In this document: piece after piece, positions 42,642 to 54,162 of the stretch
Position numbering within the stretch: position 1 is the first letter of the stretch
How the letters are laid out: each line of letters begins with the position of its first letter
NCBI GenBank assembly: GCA_033723415.1
Contig: JAWVXD010000003.1
Span: 306,178-370,177 of the forward strand
From: Sulfurospirillaceae bacterium
GTDB lineage: Bacteria > Campylobacterota > Campylobacteria > Campylobacterales > Sulfurospirillaceae
Direction of reading: 5' to 3'
Length of the DNA: 64,000 bases
The notes under the pieces: generated by a model
Database searches by the model: none
The model's input: the letters and a program-made list of their open reading frames with translations, nothing else
Told to the model about the DNA's origin: nothing
Made by a program: the position numbers and the translations under genes

Positions 42642-43222
42642 ATTTTTACCTTTTCTTTAATTTTACGTTCTGTTACTTTGTGGAAATAATAGTATATTCC
42701 TCCTCCTGTGATTGCAGCAAGTGGAAGTGCAAAGTACCAATGAGCCTTTGCCCAGTGTATGACGATCAATATCTCTTGTCCAAAGAACCATGCCGGCGTT
42801 ATCGTAACGGCAGCCCAGCACCAAGCACTTAGTAGATTTATAATTGCGAATTTTTTAGCACTGTATCTAGTAAGTCCTATTGAAATAGGTATGATAGTTC
42901 TCATACCATACATATATCTTTGAGAAAATATAATCGGCCAACCGTTCTTTTTCAATAAAATATGAGCAAATGCAAATTTTCTTCTTTGCCCCCTAAATTT
43001 TCTATAAACATATTTTTTATTATATCGCCCGATATAAAAATATATCTGGTCTCCCGTAAATCCCCCAAGACCTGCTATAAATATTGCCAATGCCAAGTTC
43101 ATGTTCCCTGTATGAGACATAATTCCTGCCATAATAAGGCCCATTTCGCCTTCTAGGATGCTCCAAAAATATAGTATGATATAACCATAATGTTGTAATA
43201 ATTCTATGAGATATGCTTCCAA
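42638..43222 (-). CDS. DedA family membrane protein
   Basis: GGFTGDQIYFYIGR, QRYMYGMRTIIP. Confidence 0.9.
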   Translation of the reverse strand: MEAYLIELLQHYGYIILYFWSILEGEMGLIMAGIMSHTGNMNLALAIFIAGLGGFTGDQIYFYIGRYNKKYVYRKFRGQRRKFAFAHILLKKNGWPIIFSQRYMYGMRTIIPISIGLTRYSAKKFAIINLLSAWCWAAVTITPAWFFGQEILIVIHWAKAHWYFALPLAAITGGGIYYYFHKVTERKIKEKVKI

Positions 43223-43234
43223 GTTTTTCCTTCT

Positions 43235-44458
43235 CTAAAATTTAAGTATGGATTTGGCTTGAACCATATCTTTATCACCACGTCCTGATAAATTTATGAT
43301 TATAAGTTTATTTTCTAACTCTTGTTTTGTCATCTTTTTAAGATAGGCTATAGCGTGTGAACTTTCAAAAGCAGGGATGATACCTTCTTTTTGACTAAGC
43401 CAGACAAAAGCATCTATAGCTTCTTTATCTGTTATGTTTTCATATTTCGCTTTTTGCATATCTTTTAAGTACGCATGTTCAGGACCTATACCGGGATAAT
43501 CAAGTCCGGCTGAGATTGAGTAAGCTTCTTGAATCTGACCGTCTTCATCTTGAAGAAGATAGCTCATCTGTCCATGTAAAACTCCGGGTTTCCCTTTTGC
43601 CAGACTACAGCCATGTTTGTGTGTGTCAACACCTAGGCCACCTGCTTCTATACCTATACAAGTTACGCTGTCTTCTTCTAAAAAATGATTAAATATGCCT
43701 ATTGCATTACTTCCGCCACCTATACAAGCAATGACAAAATCAGGAAGTTTTCCTTCTTTTTTAAGAATTTGTGCTTTTGCTTCATAGCCTATTATTGATT
43801 GAAAATCTCTAACCATAAGTGGATATGGATGCGGCCCTGCAACAGTGCCTATTATATAAAACGTATCTCTTGCATTTGTAACCCAATATCGTATGGCATC
43901 ATTCATAGCATCTTTTAAAGTTCTGCTTCCACTTTTTACTGCATGAACTTTTGCTCCTAAGAGTTTCATCCTAAAGACATTTAATTCTTGCCTTTGAACA
44001 TCCTTCTCTCCCATAAATATATCACATTCAAGTCCAAGAAGTGCTGCAACTGTTGCAGTTGCAACTCCATGTTGTCCTGCGCCTGTTTCTGCTATAACAC
44101 GTTTTTTACCAAGTCTTTTTGCTAATAAACCCTGAGCTATTGTATTGTTGACTTTATGTGCACCGGTGTGATTTAGGTCTTCTCTTTTTAGGTAAATTTT
44201 TGCATTTAACTCTTGGGAAATATTCTTTGCATAATACAAAGGTGAAGGTCTACCTACATATTCATTTAAATAGTAGTTTACTTCTTCCCAAAAATCTTTA
44301 TTAAAACGAATTTTTTTATATTCTTCGTCTAACTCTAAGAGTGTAGGCATAAGGGTTTCAGGGACATATCTGCCGCCGTAAGAAAAACCATCTTTTTCTA
44401 AGTTTCCAAAGTGTCCATTTTCGTCTGGATCGTATTTGGATTTTTTCGGTATATACAT
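43235..44458 (-). CDS. trpB: Tryptophan synthase beta subunit
   Basis: [47 protein letters not shown]. Confidence 0.97.
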   Translation of the reverse strand: MYIPKKSKYDPDENGHFGNLEKDGFSYGGRYVPETLMPTLLELDEEYKKIRFNKDFWEEVNYYLNEYVGRPSPLYYAKNISQELNAKIYLKREDLNHTGAHKVNNTIAQGLLAKRLGKKRVIAETGAGQHGVATATVAALLGLECDIFMGEKDVQRQELNVFRMKLLGAKVHAVKSGSRTLKDAMNDAIRYWVTNARDTFYIIGTVAGPHPYPLMVRDFQSIIGYEAKAQILKKEGKLPDFVIACIGGGSNAIGIFNHFLEEDSVTCIGIEAGGLGVDTHKHGCSLAKGKPGVLHGQMSYLLQDEDGQIQEAYSISAGLDYPGIGPEHAYLKDMQKAKYENITDKEAIDAFVWLSQKEGIIPAFESSHAIAYLKKMTKQELENKLIIINLSGRGDKDMVQAKSILKF

Positions 44459-45013
44459 TTAATCAATCTCCAATACTGAGTAAACTGAAGTAGTTTTTTG
44501 TATCTCTTTGTCTCCGTTTAAAAATTTCAAATTTATAATAAAGCAGCTCTCAATGCAATCACCGCCAGCTTTGTTTATGAGATTTACAGAAGCATTCGCA
44601 GTTCCTCCGGTTGCTATAAGGTCATCTATCAAGAGAACTTTTGGTTTGTCTTTTTCACACTTAAATGCATCTATATGCACTTCAACTTCATCGACTCCAT
44701 ATTCTAAGGAGTATTTCTCACTAATAGTTGTATAAGGCAATTTTCCCGGTTTCCTTATAGGAACGAATTTTATACCTAGTTTGCTAGCAAGGGCTGCACC
44801 AAATATAAAGCCTCTACTTTCTATTCCTGCGATATAGTCAATATCATTATCTTTATATCTACTCTCTAAATGTCTCATTAATAATGAAAAAGCTTCGGCA
44901 TTTCCTAAAAGTGTACTTATGTCTTTAAAACTGATACCTGGTTTTGGAAAGTTTTCGACTGTTCTGATTGATTTAAGTAAAAATTCTTTGTCTTCTAAAC
45001 TTAGTGTTTTCAT
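44459..45013 (-). CDS. apt: Adenine phosphoribosyltransferase
   Basis: [37 protein letters not shown]. Confidence 0.96.
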   Translation of the reverse strand: MKTLSLEDKEFLLKSIRTVENFPKPGISFKDISTLLGNAEAFSLLMRHLESRYKDNDIDYIAGIESRGFIFGAALASKLGIKFVPIRKPGKLPYTTISEKYSLEYGVDEVEVHIDAFKCEKDKPKVLLIDDLIATGGTANASVNLINKAGGDCIESCFIINLKFLNGDKEIQKTTSVYSVLEID

Positions 45014-45106
45014 GTGTTGCCTTTAGTTATTTAAAAAGTTTAATTTTAATAAATACAAATATAGTAGTAATAAGCAGGATGGATGAGTAAGCTATAATTG
45101 ACGACA

Positions 45107-45436
45107 TTATAGAAGAGCCTCTATTTTACTCTCTAGCTCTTTTATTGTGTCTCTTAACTTATCGCTTTCCATTCTATATTGTGAATTTCTTGCTCTTAAT
45201 GATTTTAGATCATTTTTTACTTTGCTTAATTCATCGCTTAGAATATCCATATTCCCGAGAGATCTTTGAAGTTGAACTTGATACTTTCTAATAACCAATT
45301 CGGCATCGCCTAATGTCTCTTTTACAAAAACACTGCTTTTCTTCTCTTTTCTTAGTAAAGTTCTATAATAAAAGACCATCACTATCAAGTAGATACAAGC
45401 TGACGAGAGGATCGTGGTTATTAGCCAAGTAGTCAT
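45107..45436 (-). CDS. Hypothetical membrane-anchored coiled-coil protein
   Basis: N-terminal TM, heptad-rich C-terminus; in operon between rpiB and apt. Confidence 0.75.
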   Translation of the reverse strand: MTTWLITTILSSACIYLIVMVFYYRTLLRKEKKSSVFVKETLGDAELVIRKYQVQLQRSLGNMDILSDELSKVKNDLKSLRARNSQYRMESDKLRDTIKELESKIEALL

Positions 45437-45438
45437 GA

Positions 45439-45867
45439 TTATATTTCTATCTTTTCGATTCTTTGTGAGTGCCTTCCACCCTCAAATTTGGTGTCGCACC
45501 AAGCCTTCAGTATAGATTCGGCGACTCCTAAACCTACTACTCTTTGCCCAAAGCATAATACATTTGCGTTATTATGTGCTCTAGCCATAGAAGCAGTGTA
45601 TGCATCATGACAAAGAGCTGCCCTTATGCCTACGTGTTTGTTCGCACTGAGGCTCATACCTATACCTGTTCCACAAATCAATATACCGTAAGTATTTTCA
45701 TTTGCAAGTACTTCTAGACAAAGCTTGTGCGCAAAATCTGGGTAATCTACTCTATCTTTAGTATCAGGCCCTAGATCTACTATTTCATGTCCCATGTCTT
45801 TTAGCATTTGTATGATATCAGGTTTGATGTCAATTCCTGCATGATCAGTTGCAATAAAAAATTTCAC
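45439..45867 (-). CDS. rpiB: Ribose-5-phosphate isomerase B
   Basis: ATDHAG, VDYPD, ICGTGIGMS, FEGGRH; start moved to GTG 45867. Confidence 0.95.
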   Translation of the reverse strand: MKFFIATDHAGIDIKPDIIQMLKDMGHEIVDLGPDTKDRVDYPDFAHKLCLEVLANENTYGILICGTGIGMSLSANKHVGIRAALCHDAYTASMARAHNNANVLCFGQRVVGLGVAESILKAWCDTKFEGGRHSQRIEKIEI

Positions 45868-45983
45868 TTTCTTTTCTCTCTTAAAATTTATTTGTTCGAT
45901 TATACCATAAGGATTATTATAAAAAGGTTTTATTAAAACAAAATAGTATATCATATATCAAACATTTTTTAGGAGAAAGATAT

Positions 45984-46625
45984 ATGAATCTTATGGTATT
46001 TGGAGCGCCCGGAGCAGGAAAAGGAACCCAAGCAAAATTTTTAACACAAAAATATGATATCCCTCAAATCTCAACCGGAGATATGTTAAGAGCAGCTATA
46101 GTGGAGCAAACAAACATGGGATTGGAAGCAAAAAAATTTATGGATGAAGGGAAATTAGTTCCGGACTCAACTATTATAGGAATCATAAAAGAGAGATTAA
46201 GCAAAGAAGATTGTAAAAACGGTTTTGTATTAGACGGTTTTCCAAGAACTCTAAAGCAAGCTGAAGAGTTAGAAAAATTACTATCGGCCAGCGGTAAAAA
46301 GCTTGACAAAGTCTTGTCTTTTGATGTTCCTGATGAACAAATTGTAGAAAGAATAGCAGGAAGAAGAGTATGCCCTAAGTGCGGAGCTTCTTTTCATATA
46401 AAATTTAATCCATCAAAAGAAGAAAACGTTTGTGATTACTGCGGAGATGCACTTGTTATAAGAAAAGATGACAATGTAGATACTGTCAAAAACAGATTGG
46501 ATGCATATCACTCACAAACTGCACCTTTGATAGATTTTTACAAGAATTTGGGTGTTTTTGCAGAGATTGACGGTTCAAGAGAATTAAATCTTGTAACAAA
46601 AGATATGTTTGATGCGCTAGTGTAG
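45984..46625 (+). CDS. adk: Adenylate kinase, long form with Zn-binding LID
   Basis: GAPGAGKGTQA, ISTGDMLR, LDGFPRT, LID RRVCPKCG...CDYCG. Confidence 0.95.
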   Translation: MNLMVFGAPGAGKGTQAKFLTQKYDIPQISTGDMLRAAIVEQTNMGLEAKKFMDEGKLVPDSTIIGIIKERLSKEDCKNGFVLDGFPRTLKQAEELEKLLSASGKKLDKVLSFDVPDEQIVERIAGRRVCPKCGASFHIKFNPSKEENVCDYCGDALVIRKDDNVDTVKNRLDAYHSQTAPLIDFYKNLGVFAEIDGSRELNLVTKDMFDALV

Positions 46626-46626
46626 T

Positions 46627-47280
46627 TTACACTAGCTTCATCAAGTAATCTATAATATATCCAATCGGAGCAAAAAAGTAATTTGATAACGGCGTTGCAA
46701 TAAAAAGCAATAAGATTATCATTCCGTATTTTTGAATAGAATCAAAAAATCTCATAATCCCATACCAACCGTTTGATGCAGCAAAATAAGCTAGGGCATG
46801 AGAGCCGTCAAGCGGAGGAATAGGGTATAAGTTAAAAACTCCTAAAACGACGTTGTATATAAGTGATTGTATCATCAGATAAGCGAAGAACATGCCAAAT
46901 ATAGTAGTTGGAGTGCTTAGCTGGCTTAAGATAACAGTACATGCGATAGCTAAAGTAAAATTGTACGCGATACCTGCAAGAGATACAAATATAGCAGCTT
47001 TATATCCACCGTTGTCCAAGACCTCTCTCATATTTATCGGTACAGGCTTTGCCCAACCAAATAAAAATGGGGCATGCGATATATATAAAAGGGCAGGTAG
47101 TATAATCGTTCCTACCAAGTCAACATGCTTGATAGGATTTATACTAAGACGTCCTGCATTTTTAGCGGTGTTATCTCCATATCTGTAAGCCACGTAGCCG
47201 TGCATTATTTCATGTCCTATTATGGCTATCATTAGTGCCAATATTTTAGTTATGATATTTATATAATCTTCATTTGCCAT
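46627..47280 (-). CDS. Site-2 protease family (M50) membrane metalloprotease
   Basis: HEIMH, GWAKPVP, FNLYPIPPLDG. Confidence 0.92.
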   Translation of the reverse strand: MANEDYINIITKILALMIAIIGHEIMHGYVAYRYGDNTAKNAGRLSINPIKHVDLVGTIILPALLYISHAPFLFGWAKPVPINMREVLDNGGYKAAIFVSLAGIAYNFTLAIACTVILSQLSTPTTIFGMFFAYLMIQSLIYNVVLGVFNLYPIPPLDGSHALAYFAASNGWYGIMRFFDSIQKYGMIILLLFIATPLSNYFFAPIGYIIDYLMKLV

Positions 47281-48103
47281 CTAAAAAGCTTTTGTCTAGT
47301 TGCAGATTATTGATAAATCTTCCTATTCTATTCCATCTTATCTTATAGTTCTTGTCCCAAGAAAAATATATGAACCAAGGTTTTCCGACTATAAGAGAAT
47401 AAGGCACACTTCCCCAGAATCTACTATCGTTTGAATGATCTCTATTGTCTCCCATCATGAAATACTCATTTTTAGGTACTTTTTTATAAAATGCATTGTA
47501 AACAAGGCCGGGTTTTTTTGGCAATTCAGGTATAATCGCCGGTTGCATCGCCAGCTGATTGACGCTCATATAAAGACCCATTTGCTGAAAGATATTGACT
47601 GTTGGATCATAATGGATTCCAGGATATTTATGAAGATAAGGGTTCTTTACCCAGATTTTCCCGCCCAGTGTTACTATTTGATCTGCTTTGAAATTTTTCT
47701 TCATATAAGAATCACCTTCGCGAAATCTTATATAAAGTGTTTTGTTGGCATATAATATCTCATCTCCTCCTAATGCCACACATCTTTTTACATAATGAAC
47801 CTTTATATTGTTTGGATATCTAAATACAACGATATCTCCTCTTTGTGGTCCTTTAGCATCGATCAGATGTCCATCTCCCCTAAAATCAGGCAGTACCGGT
47901 ACTTCTATCCAAGGAATATGGGGAACGGGAATACCGTAAGAGAATTTTTTAACAAAAAGATGATCTCCGATCAAAAGAGTATTTTTCATACTACCGCTTG
48001 GGATCACAAAAGCTTGCGCTATAAAGAATATTACCAATAAGACTATAATGACAGTACCTGTCCAACTATTTGAAAATTTATAAAGTTTTTTTAACTTGCT
48101 CAA
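47270..48103 (-). CDS. lepB: Signal peptidase I
   Basis: IPSGSM, YVKRC, GDNRDHSNDSRFWG. Confidence 0.96.
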   Translation of the reverse strand: MSKLKKLYKFSNSWTGTVIIVLLVIFFIAQAFVIPSGSMKNTLLIGDHLFVKKFSYGIPVPHIPWIEVPVLPDFRGDGHLIDAKGPQRGDIVVFRYPNNIKVHYVKRCVALGGDEILYANKTLYIRFREGDSYMKKNFKADQIVTLGGKIWVKNPYLHKYPGIHYDPTVNIFQQMGLYMSVNQLAMQPAIIPELPKKPGLVYNAFYKKVPKNEYFMMGDNRDHSNDSRFWGSVPYSLIVGKPWFIYFSWDKNYKIRWNRIGRFINNLQLDKSFLDGK

Positions 48104-48952
48104 CTATTTATCCTTTCTGTTTTTTGCAGCTTTTAGAGTATTTGATAGAAGCATAGCTATTGTCATAGGTCCAACGCCTCCTGGAACAGGTGTGATATAG
48201 GAGCATTTTGGAGATACTGTATCAAAATCTGCATCGCCTGTAAGTTTTCCGTTTTCTAATCTATTGATACCTATATCTACGACTATTGCACCATCTTTAA
48301 CCATATCTTCAGTGATGAGACCGGCTTTTCCGACTCCAACTATAACCATATCGGCTTTGATCGTATGTGCTTTCAAATCTTTTGTGAAAATATGACAAAT
48401 ATCAACTGTGGCTCCTGCATTTAACATGAGATTCATCATCGGTTTGCCAACTATGTTACTAGCACCTACGATACAAACATCCAACCCTTGCAGTTGGATA
48501 TCATATTCTTCTAAAAGCTTCATGACTCCAAGAGGTGTACATGGGACAAAACTATCTAATCCTGAAACCAATCTTCCAACGTTAAAGGGATGAAATCCAT
48601 CTACGTCTTTGTCGGGGTTGATCGCTTCTATAATCTTTGAAGTGTCAATATGCGGAGGTAATGGAAGTTGAACAAGAACACCGTCAATATTGTCATTGTT
48701 ATTTATCATATGTATAGTTTCTAGTATTTTGTCTTGCGAGATAGAATTTGGCATTTTGTGAACTATTGAGTAAACGCCTGTCTCTTCACATGCTTTTTCC
48801 TTCATTCCTACATAGGTTTTACTAGCAGGATTGTCACCTACTAATATTACGGCAAGTCCAGGAGTGATATCGTTTGTCTTTAAAAGCTCAATATCTTTTT
48901 TAATATCGGCTCTAATCTTGCTTGATAATGCTTTACCGTCTAAAATATTCAT
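48104..48952 (-). CDS. folD: Methylenetetrahydrofolate dehydrogenase/cyclohydrolase
   Basis: LVQLPLP, KDVDGFHP, PCTPLGV, TPVPGGVGPMT. Confidence 0.97.
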   Translation of the reverse strand: MNILDGKALSSKIRADIKKDIELLKTNDITPGLAVILVGDNPASKTYVGMKEKACEETGVYSIVHKMPNSISQDKILETIHMINNNDNIDGVLVQLPLPPHIDTSKIIEAINPDKDVDGFHPFNVGRLVSGLDSFVPCTPLGVMKLLEEYDIQLQGLDVCIVGASNIVGKPMMNLMLNAGATVDICHIFTKDLKAHTIKADMVIVGVGKAGLITEDMVKDGAIVVDIGINRLENGKLTGDADFDTVSPKCSYITPVPGGVGPMTIAMLLSNTLKAAKNRKDK

Positions 48953-49018
48953 AAGTTTTTACTCTCTCTTTAATAAATATTTAGTATCATAACAAATTAG
49001 TATTAAAGAGTTGATAAA

Positions 49019-49360
49019 GTGAGTGTAATGAGAATATTTTTTATTGTTTTTTTATTGAGTGTTGCTGTTTTTGGCGAAGATTTTATAACGAAGATGGAAT
49101 ACGCCAAAATGCTCTATGTAAATCCACGCGGAATAGGATGTGATGAGTGCCATGGTAAAAAAGGTGAGGGCATGATCATAGCTAAGTACAAAGTCAAAGG
49201 TAAGCCAAGAGTACTGAAGGCTCCTCCTATAAACTCTTTGAAAAAAGAGGTTTTTTACCAAGCTTTGCATAAATCTCACAAGGTCATGCCTACATATTTT
49301 TTAACCGACAAAGAGATTGATGTTCTCTACTTTTATGTTAAAAGCGAAGCAAATAAATAA
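49019..49360 (+). CDS. Small monoheme c-type cytochrome
   Basis: Signal peptide, CDECH heme motif, distal Met in VMPTY; start may be ATG 49028. Confidence 0.8.
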   Translation: MSVMRIFFIVFLLSVAVFGEDFITKMEYAKMLYVNPRGIGCDECHGKKGEGMIIAKYKVKGKPRVLKAPPINSLKKEVFYQALHKSHKVMPTYFLTDKEIDVLYFYVKSEANK

Positions 49361-49366
49361 CTATTT

Positions 49367-50506
49367 TTACTCCAAAGAATCCAACGCAGTTTGCATTCTT
49401 GTTAGTATTTTACGTAAAGTCTCTTTGTTAGTCCCAAAATTCAATCTCACAAAATTTGCATCACCAAATCCCGCTCCTTCACTCAGTCCTACCCCAAATT
49501 GAAGAAAAAATTCATATGGATTTTTTACTTTTAGTGCAGAACAATCAATCCACGCAAGAAATGAAGCATCATTTGAGAGCATTTTAAGGTTTTTGTTCTT
49601 ATGTACAAAGTCTTTTACAAGATTAAAATTTTCAAGGAGATATGATTTCAAATCTTTAAGCCAATCATCTCCATCACTATAGACAGATTTGGTTGCTGTA
49701 ATAGCAAGTAGATTTATGCCGCCTCCAATACCTGTAAGCTCTTTTTCAAATCTTAATCTTAATTCTTTGTTTGGAATGATCGCAAATGAACTCTGTAATC
49801 CTGCAATATTAAAAGTTTTGCTAGGTGCCATTAAAGTAATACTTCTCTCTTTTATATCAGCGTTTAAAGAAGCAATCGGGATGTGTTTTATATCTGGATT
49901 TATGACAAGGTCTGCGTGTATCTCATCTGTACAGATAAGTAGGTCATGTTTGATGCAGATATCACTTATTTTCTCTAATTCTTCTCTTGTAAAAACCGTT
50001 CCTCCAGGGTTGTGAGGGTTGCAAAATAAAAAAAGTTTACAATAAGAGTTTATATGAGACTCAAATTCGTCAAAATCTATCGACCATCTGTTATTTACCT
50101 TCCTTAACGGTACTTGTGTGACTTTCTTTTGGGCATTTTTAGGTGCTTTTATGAAATGAGGATAGACAGGAGTAGTTGTGATGATCTCGTCATTTTCCAA
50201 AAGCATTCTACAAGCTATATTCATACTTACTACAACACCGTGTGTCCATACTATCCACTCTTCTTTTATATCCCAATCATGATGTCTTTTGATGAAGTCA
50301 ATAGTAGCTTGTATTGTTGATTCATCAATCTTTGTGTAACCAAAAACCCCATGTTCTACTCTTTTTATTAGAGCTTCATTCAAACAGGAAGGAGAATGGA
50401 AATCCATATCGGCAACCCAGGCAGGGATGACATCTTGATCTTGATATTTGTCCCATTTTGCACAATGTGTGCCAAGTCTATCTATTCTTTTGTCAAAATC
50501 GTTCAC
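49367..50506 (-). CDS. MalY/PatB family PLP-dependent C-S lyase
   Basis: WVADMDF, HGVFGY, CNPHNPGG, DEIHADL, APSKTFNIAGL. Confidence 0.92.
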   Translation of the reverse strand: MNDFDKRIDRLGTHCAKWDKYQDQDVIPAWVADMDFHSPSCLNEALIKRVEHGVFGYTKIDESTIQATIDFIKRHHDWDIKEEWIVWTHGVVVSMNIACRMLLENDEIITTTPVYPHFIKAPKNAQKKVTQVPLRKVNNRWSIDFDEFESHINSYCKLFLFCNPHNPGGTVFTREELEKISDICIKHDLLICTDEIHADLVINPDIKHIPIASLNADIKERSITLMAPSKTFNIAGLQSSFAIIPNKELRLRFEKELTGIGGGINLLAITATKSVYSDGDDWLKDLKSYLLENFNLVKDFVHKNKNLKMLSNDASFLAWIDCSALKVKNPYEFFLQFGVGLSEGAGFGDANFVRLNFGTNKETLRKILTRMQTALDSLE

Positions 50507-50577
50507 TTTTTTATCCTTATTAAAACTGCGTTATTATATAATAAACGTATTAATATAAAATATATTCAAGGAACAAA

Positions 50578-52110
50578 ATGAGAGCATTGATAAGTGTTAG
50601 CGATAAAGAGGGTGTTGCCCAATTTGCCAAAGATTTGGAATCTTTAGGTTTCGAAATAGTTTCAACTGGCGGAACGTTTAAACTTCTAAAAGAAGAGGGT
50701 ATTAAGGCATTGGAAATCAGTGAAGTGACAAAATTTCCTGAGATGTTTGATGGTAGAGTTAAGACTTTAAATCCTCATATCCATGGTGGAATTTTACATA
50801 GAAGAGATCTCAGTTCACATGTTGAAACTGCAAAAGAACATTCTATAGTAGGTATAGATCTAGTCTGTGTGAACTTATATCCGTTTAAAGAGACTATATC
50901 AAAAACAGATGATTTCGATGAGATTATAGAAAATATAGATATCGGCGGACCTGCTATGGTTAGAAGTGCAGCTAAAAATTTCAATGACGTTCTAATTGTT
51001 ACAGATGTTAATGATTATGATGTTGTTATCGATGCTTTGAAAAATAATAAAAATAGTCTTGAATTTAGACAAAGTCTTATGATAAAAGCATTTGAACATA
51101 CTGCAGCATATGATAGTATGATCGCAAATTATATGAATAAAAGGTTCAATGAGGGATTTGGTGATAAGCAGTTTATAGTCGGTTCCAAAGCATTTGATAC
51201 AAGATACGGTGAAAATCCACATCAAAAAGGCGCACTTTATGAGTTTGATTATTTCTTTACAAATAATTTTAAAGCACTTAAGGGTGAGGCAAGTTTCAAT
51301 AATATAACCGACATAAACGGAGCACTTAAAATCGCTGCTTCATTTGGTGATGCTCCTGCAGTGTCGATCATAAAACATGCAAATCCATGTGGTTTCGCAA
51401 TCGGTGAAAATTTATTGGATTCTTATACCAAAGCTTTAAAATGTGATCCAATCTCTGCATATGGCGGTGTCGTAGCAATAAACGGTAAACTAGATGTACA
51501 ATTGGCAAATAAGATCAATGAAATTTTTGTAGAGGTCATTATAGCTGCTAATGTCGATGAAGATGCCCTAAAAGTCTTTGAATCTAAAAAAAGAATCAAG
51601 ATCTTTACTCAGGAAAGCAAATATTTGATCTTAAATGATGATGAATTTGATTTTAAACATGTAGATGGTGGATTTGTATATCAAAATAGCGATAAAGTTG
51701 GACAAGATGAGGTCCAAAAATCAGTTTGCAAAACAGTTAGAGCCTGCAGTGCAAATGAAATGCATGACCTAGAGATAGCATATAAAGTTGCAAGCCTTAC
51801 AAAGTCAAATTGTGTTGTTTATGTGAAAGATTCGGCTATGGTTGCTATAGGTATGGGTATGACAAGTAGAGTAGATGCCGGCAAATGTGCTTTATCAAAG
51901 GCAAAAGAGATGGGCTTGGATGTTGAGGGCTGTGCTATGGCAAGTGAGGCGTTTTTCCCATTTAGAGATAGTATAGATGCAGCTGCCTTAGCAGGAGTAA
52001 AAGCGATCATTGAACCAGGCGGCAGCATAAGAGATGATGAAGTCATAGATGCGGCAAATGAGCATGGTATGGCTTTATATTTTAGCGGTGTGAGACACTT
52101 CCTTCACTAA
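50578..52110 (+). CDS. purH: Bifunctional AICAR transformylase/IMP cyclohydrolase
   Basis: [36 protein letters not shown]. Confidence 0.98.
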   Translation: MRALISVSDKEGVAQFAKDLESLGFEIVSTGGTFKLLKEEGIKALEISEVTKFPEMFDGRVKTLNPHIHGGILHRRDLSSHVETAKEHSIVGIDLVCVNLYPFKETISKTDDFDEIIENIDIGGPAMVRSAAKNFNDVLIVTDVNDYDVVIDALKNNKNSLEFRQSLMIKAFEHTAAYDSMIANYMNKRFNEGFGDKQFIVGSKAFDTRYGENPHQKGALYEFDYFFTNNFKALKGEASFNNITDINGALKIAASFGDAPAVSIIKHANPCGFAIGENLLDSYTKALKCDPISAYGGVVAINGKLDVQLANKINEIFVEVIIAANVDEDALKVFESKKRIKIFTQESKYLILNDDEFDFKHVDGGFVYQNSDKVGQDEVQKSVCKTVRACSANEMHDLEIAYKVASLTKSNCVVYVKDSAMVAIGMGMTSRVDAGKCALSKAKEMGLDVEGCAMASEAFFPFRDSIDAAALAGVKAIIEPGGSIRDDEVIDAANEHGMALYFSGVRHFLH

Positions 52111-52116
52111 TCTAAA

Positions 52117-54054
52117 TCAAGAGAGGGCTTCGGCCTTCTCTTCAAGTTCCAAAAATCTGTCTATTAAAATTTCAAGTTCCTTTTCTTTTTGGCTTAATTC
52201 GGCACTTATATCTGCAAAGCTTAACTTCTCATAACAACTAGGATCTTGTAGACACTCATTTATGCTTTTTATATCATCTTCCAATTTTTTGATAGTCTGA
52301 GGCAAGGAATCATAATCTTTTTTCTCTTTGTAACTTAATTTTAGAGGTTTTTGACTTTCTGTTTTGTCTTTTTTACCTGTTTCTTTCCTCTCTTCTAAAC
52401 TGAAAGTTTCCAGATCTTGTATCTCTTTTTCAATACTCAAATATTCACTATATTCTTGATAACTTTCTTCAACTATACCATCACCTTTGAATATAAAAAG
52501 TTTTTTGGCGATCTTATCGACAAAATATCTATCATGACTCACAAATATGACTGCTCCTTGAAAATTTAAAATATAATCTTCCAATATATTAATAGTCGGG
52601 ATATCAAGGTCATTTGTAGGTTCATCCAGTATAAGACAATCAACTTCTTTTGTAAATAAAAGTGCTAATGCTATCCTATTTTTTTCACCCCCGCTTAAAA
52701 CGCCTATTTTTTTATTTAGATGTTCTTTCGGGAATAAAAAGTTTTTTAGATATCCAAACACGTGCAGATTTCTTCCCTTTACATCAATCCTATCACCGCC
52801 GTTTGGACAAAATGTTTCCAATATATCTTTATCATCATCTAACATTTGCCTTTGTTGGTCAAAATAGCCTATCTTTAGTTCGCCTGCTTTTAATGTTCCG
52901 CTGTCTATCTTCATATCTTGTAATAATATTTTTAAAAATGTTGATTTACCGGAGCCGTTTTTACCGACTATTGCAATTCTCTCTTTTTGTAAGATTCTGG
53001 TTGAAAAGTTTTCTATGAGTTTTTTATTGCCTAGAGATTTTGATATATTGTACATTTCAAAAAGCATTTTTTGTCTATTTACAGATGTATTTTGATTAAA
53101 ATTCTTTTGTTCTCTCTCAAGTTCAAGTTTTATTTTGTTTATTGCAGCTGGATTTGTTTTTGCTTTTTCTTTCAGATCAAAGACTCTTTGCTTTCTACCT
53201 TCGTTTCTCTTTAGTCTAGCCTTTACGCCGCGTCTCAGCCATTCTTCTTCTCTTTTTAGAAGCTTTAACAAGTTTTCATGCTCTTTACTCATAGAGTGAA
53301 GCATAAGTTCTTTTGCTTTGAGATAATCTTGATAACCGCCGTTAAAAGACATAAGTGCAGCATTGTCGATTTCTATCGTTTTTGTTGCAAGATGGTCGAT
53401 AAAGTATCTATCATGTGATATAAATACAAGAGTAAATTGTTCTTTTAAAAGCATATCTTCCAAAAATTCAACCATATATACATCTAGGTGGTTTGTCGGT
53501 TCATCAAGAAGTAAGATATCAGGTTTTTTAAGAATTAATCCGGCTAATGTAACTCTTCTTTGTTCCCCTCCACTGAGCAAATTTATATCTGTATCTTCAA
53601 ATTCTTTTAGATTGAGTTTTTGCATAACCCTTTCCACTTTATCGTCTAAGTTCCATGCATCATGTGTGTCCAAAAAACTTAGTAGTTCATCTTGTTTTTT
53701 TAGTAATTCTTTGTTTTCGAAATCAGTTGATAATCTTTTTAATATATCTTCGTAACTTTCTTTTGCATCTATAAGATCTTTTAAGCCTAAAGATATAGTA
53801 TCCTTAACGCTTAGATTTTCTTCGAAAATTGGAGTTTGATCTAACATATCGACTTTTATTTGGTTTTGTAGAATTCTTCTTCCCTCATCAATCTCAAGCG
53901 AACCATTGATGATCTTCATCAGTGTAGATTTTCCACCGCCATTCTTGCCTATGATACAAATTCTCTCGCCTTTATTTACAGATAGGCTTACCTTGTCGAG
54001 TATTTTTTGTGATTCGTATGATTTGCTGACTTCTAAAATATCCAATAATGCCAA
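52117..54054 (-). CDS. ABC-F family ATPase (Uup-like)
   Basis: Two ABC domains (GKNGGGKST, GKNGSGKST), EEEWLRRGVKAR linker, C-terminal KLSYKEKK coiled coil. Confidence 0.9.
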   Translation of the reverse strand: MALLDILEVSKSYESQKILDKVSLSVNKGERICIIGKNGGGKSTLMKIINGSLEIDEGRRILQNQIKVDMLDQTPIFEENLSVKDTISLGLKDLIDAKESYEDILKRLSTDFENKELLKKQDELLSFLDTHDAWNLDDKVERVMQKLNLKEFEDTDINLLSGGEQRRVTLAGLILKKPDILLLDEPTNHLDVYMVEFLEDMLLKEQFTLVFISHDRYFIDHLATKTIEIDNAALMSFNGGYQDYLKAKELMLHSMSKEHENLLKLLKREEEWLRRGVKARLKRNEGRKQRVFDLKEKAKTNPAAINKIKLELEREQKNFNQNTSVNRQKMLFEMYNISKSLGNKKLIENFSTRILQKERIAIVGKNGSGKSTFLKILLQDMKIDSGTLKAGELKIGYFDQQRQMLDDDKDILETFCPNGGDRIDVKGRNLHVFGYLKNFLFPKEHLNKKIGVLSGGEKNRIALALLFTKEVDCLILDEPTNDLDIPTINILEDYILNFQGAVIFVSHDRYFVDKIAKKLFIFKGDGIVEESYQEYSEYLSIEKEIQDLETFSLEERKETGKKDKTESQKPLKLSYKEKKDYDSLPQTIKKLEDDIKSINECLQDPSCYEKLSFADISAELSQKEKELEILIDRFLELEEKAEALS

Positions 54055-54162
54055 TTTGATTCCTGTTTTAAAATTTTAGGTGCTTATTTTATCTAAAATT
54101 CTCTTTTTAGAATATTTTTGATAAAATCTTATGAAATATCAAGAACTATTAAGGAGCTTATT

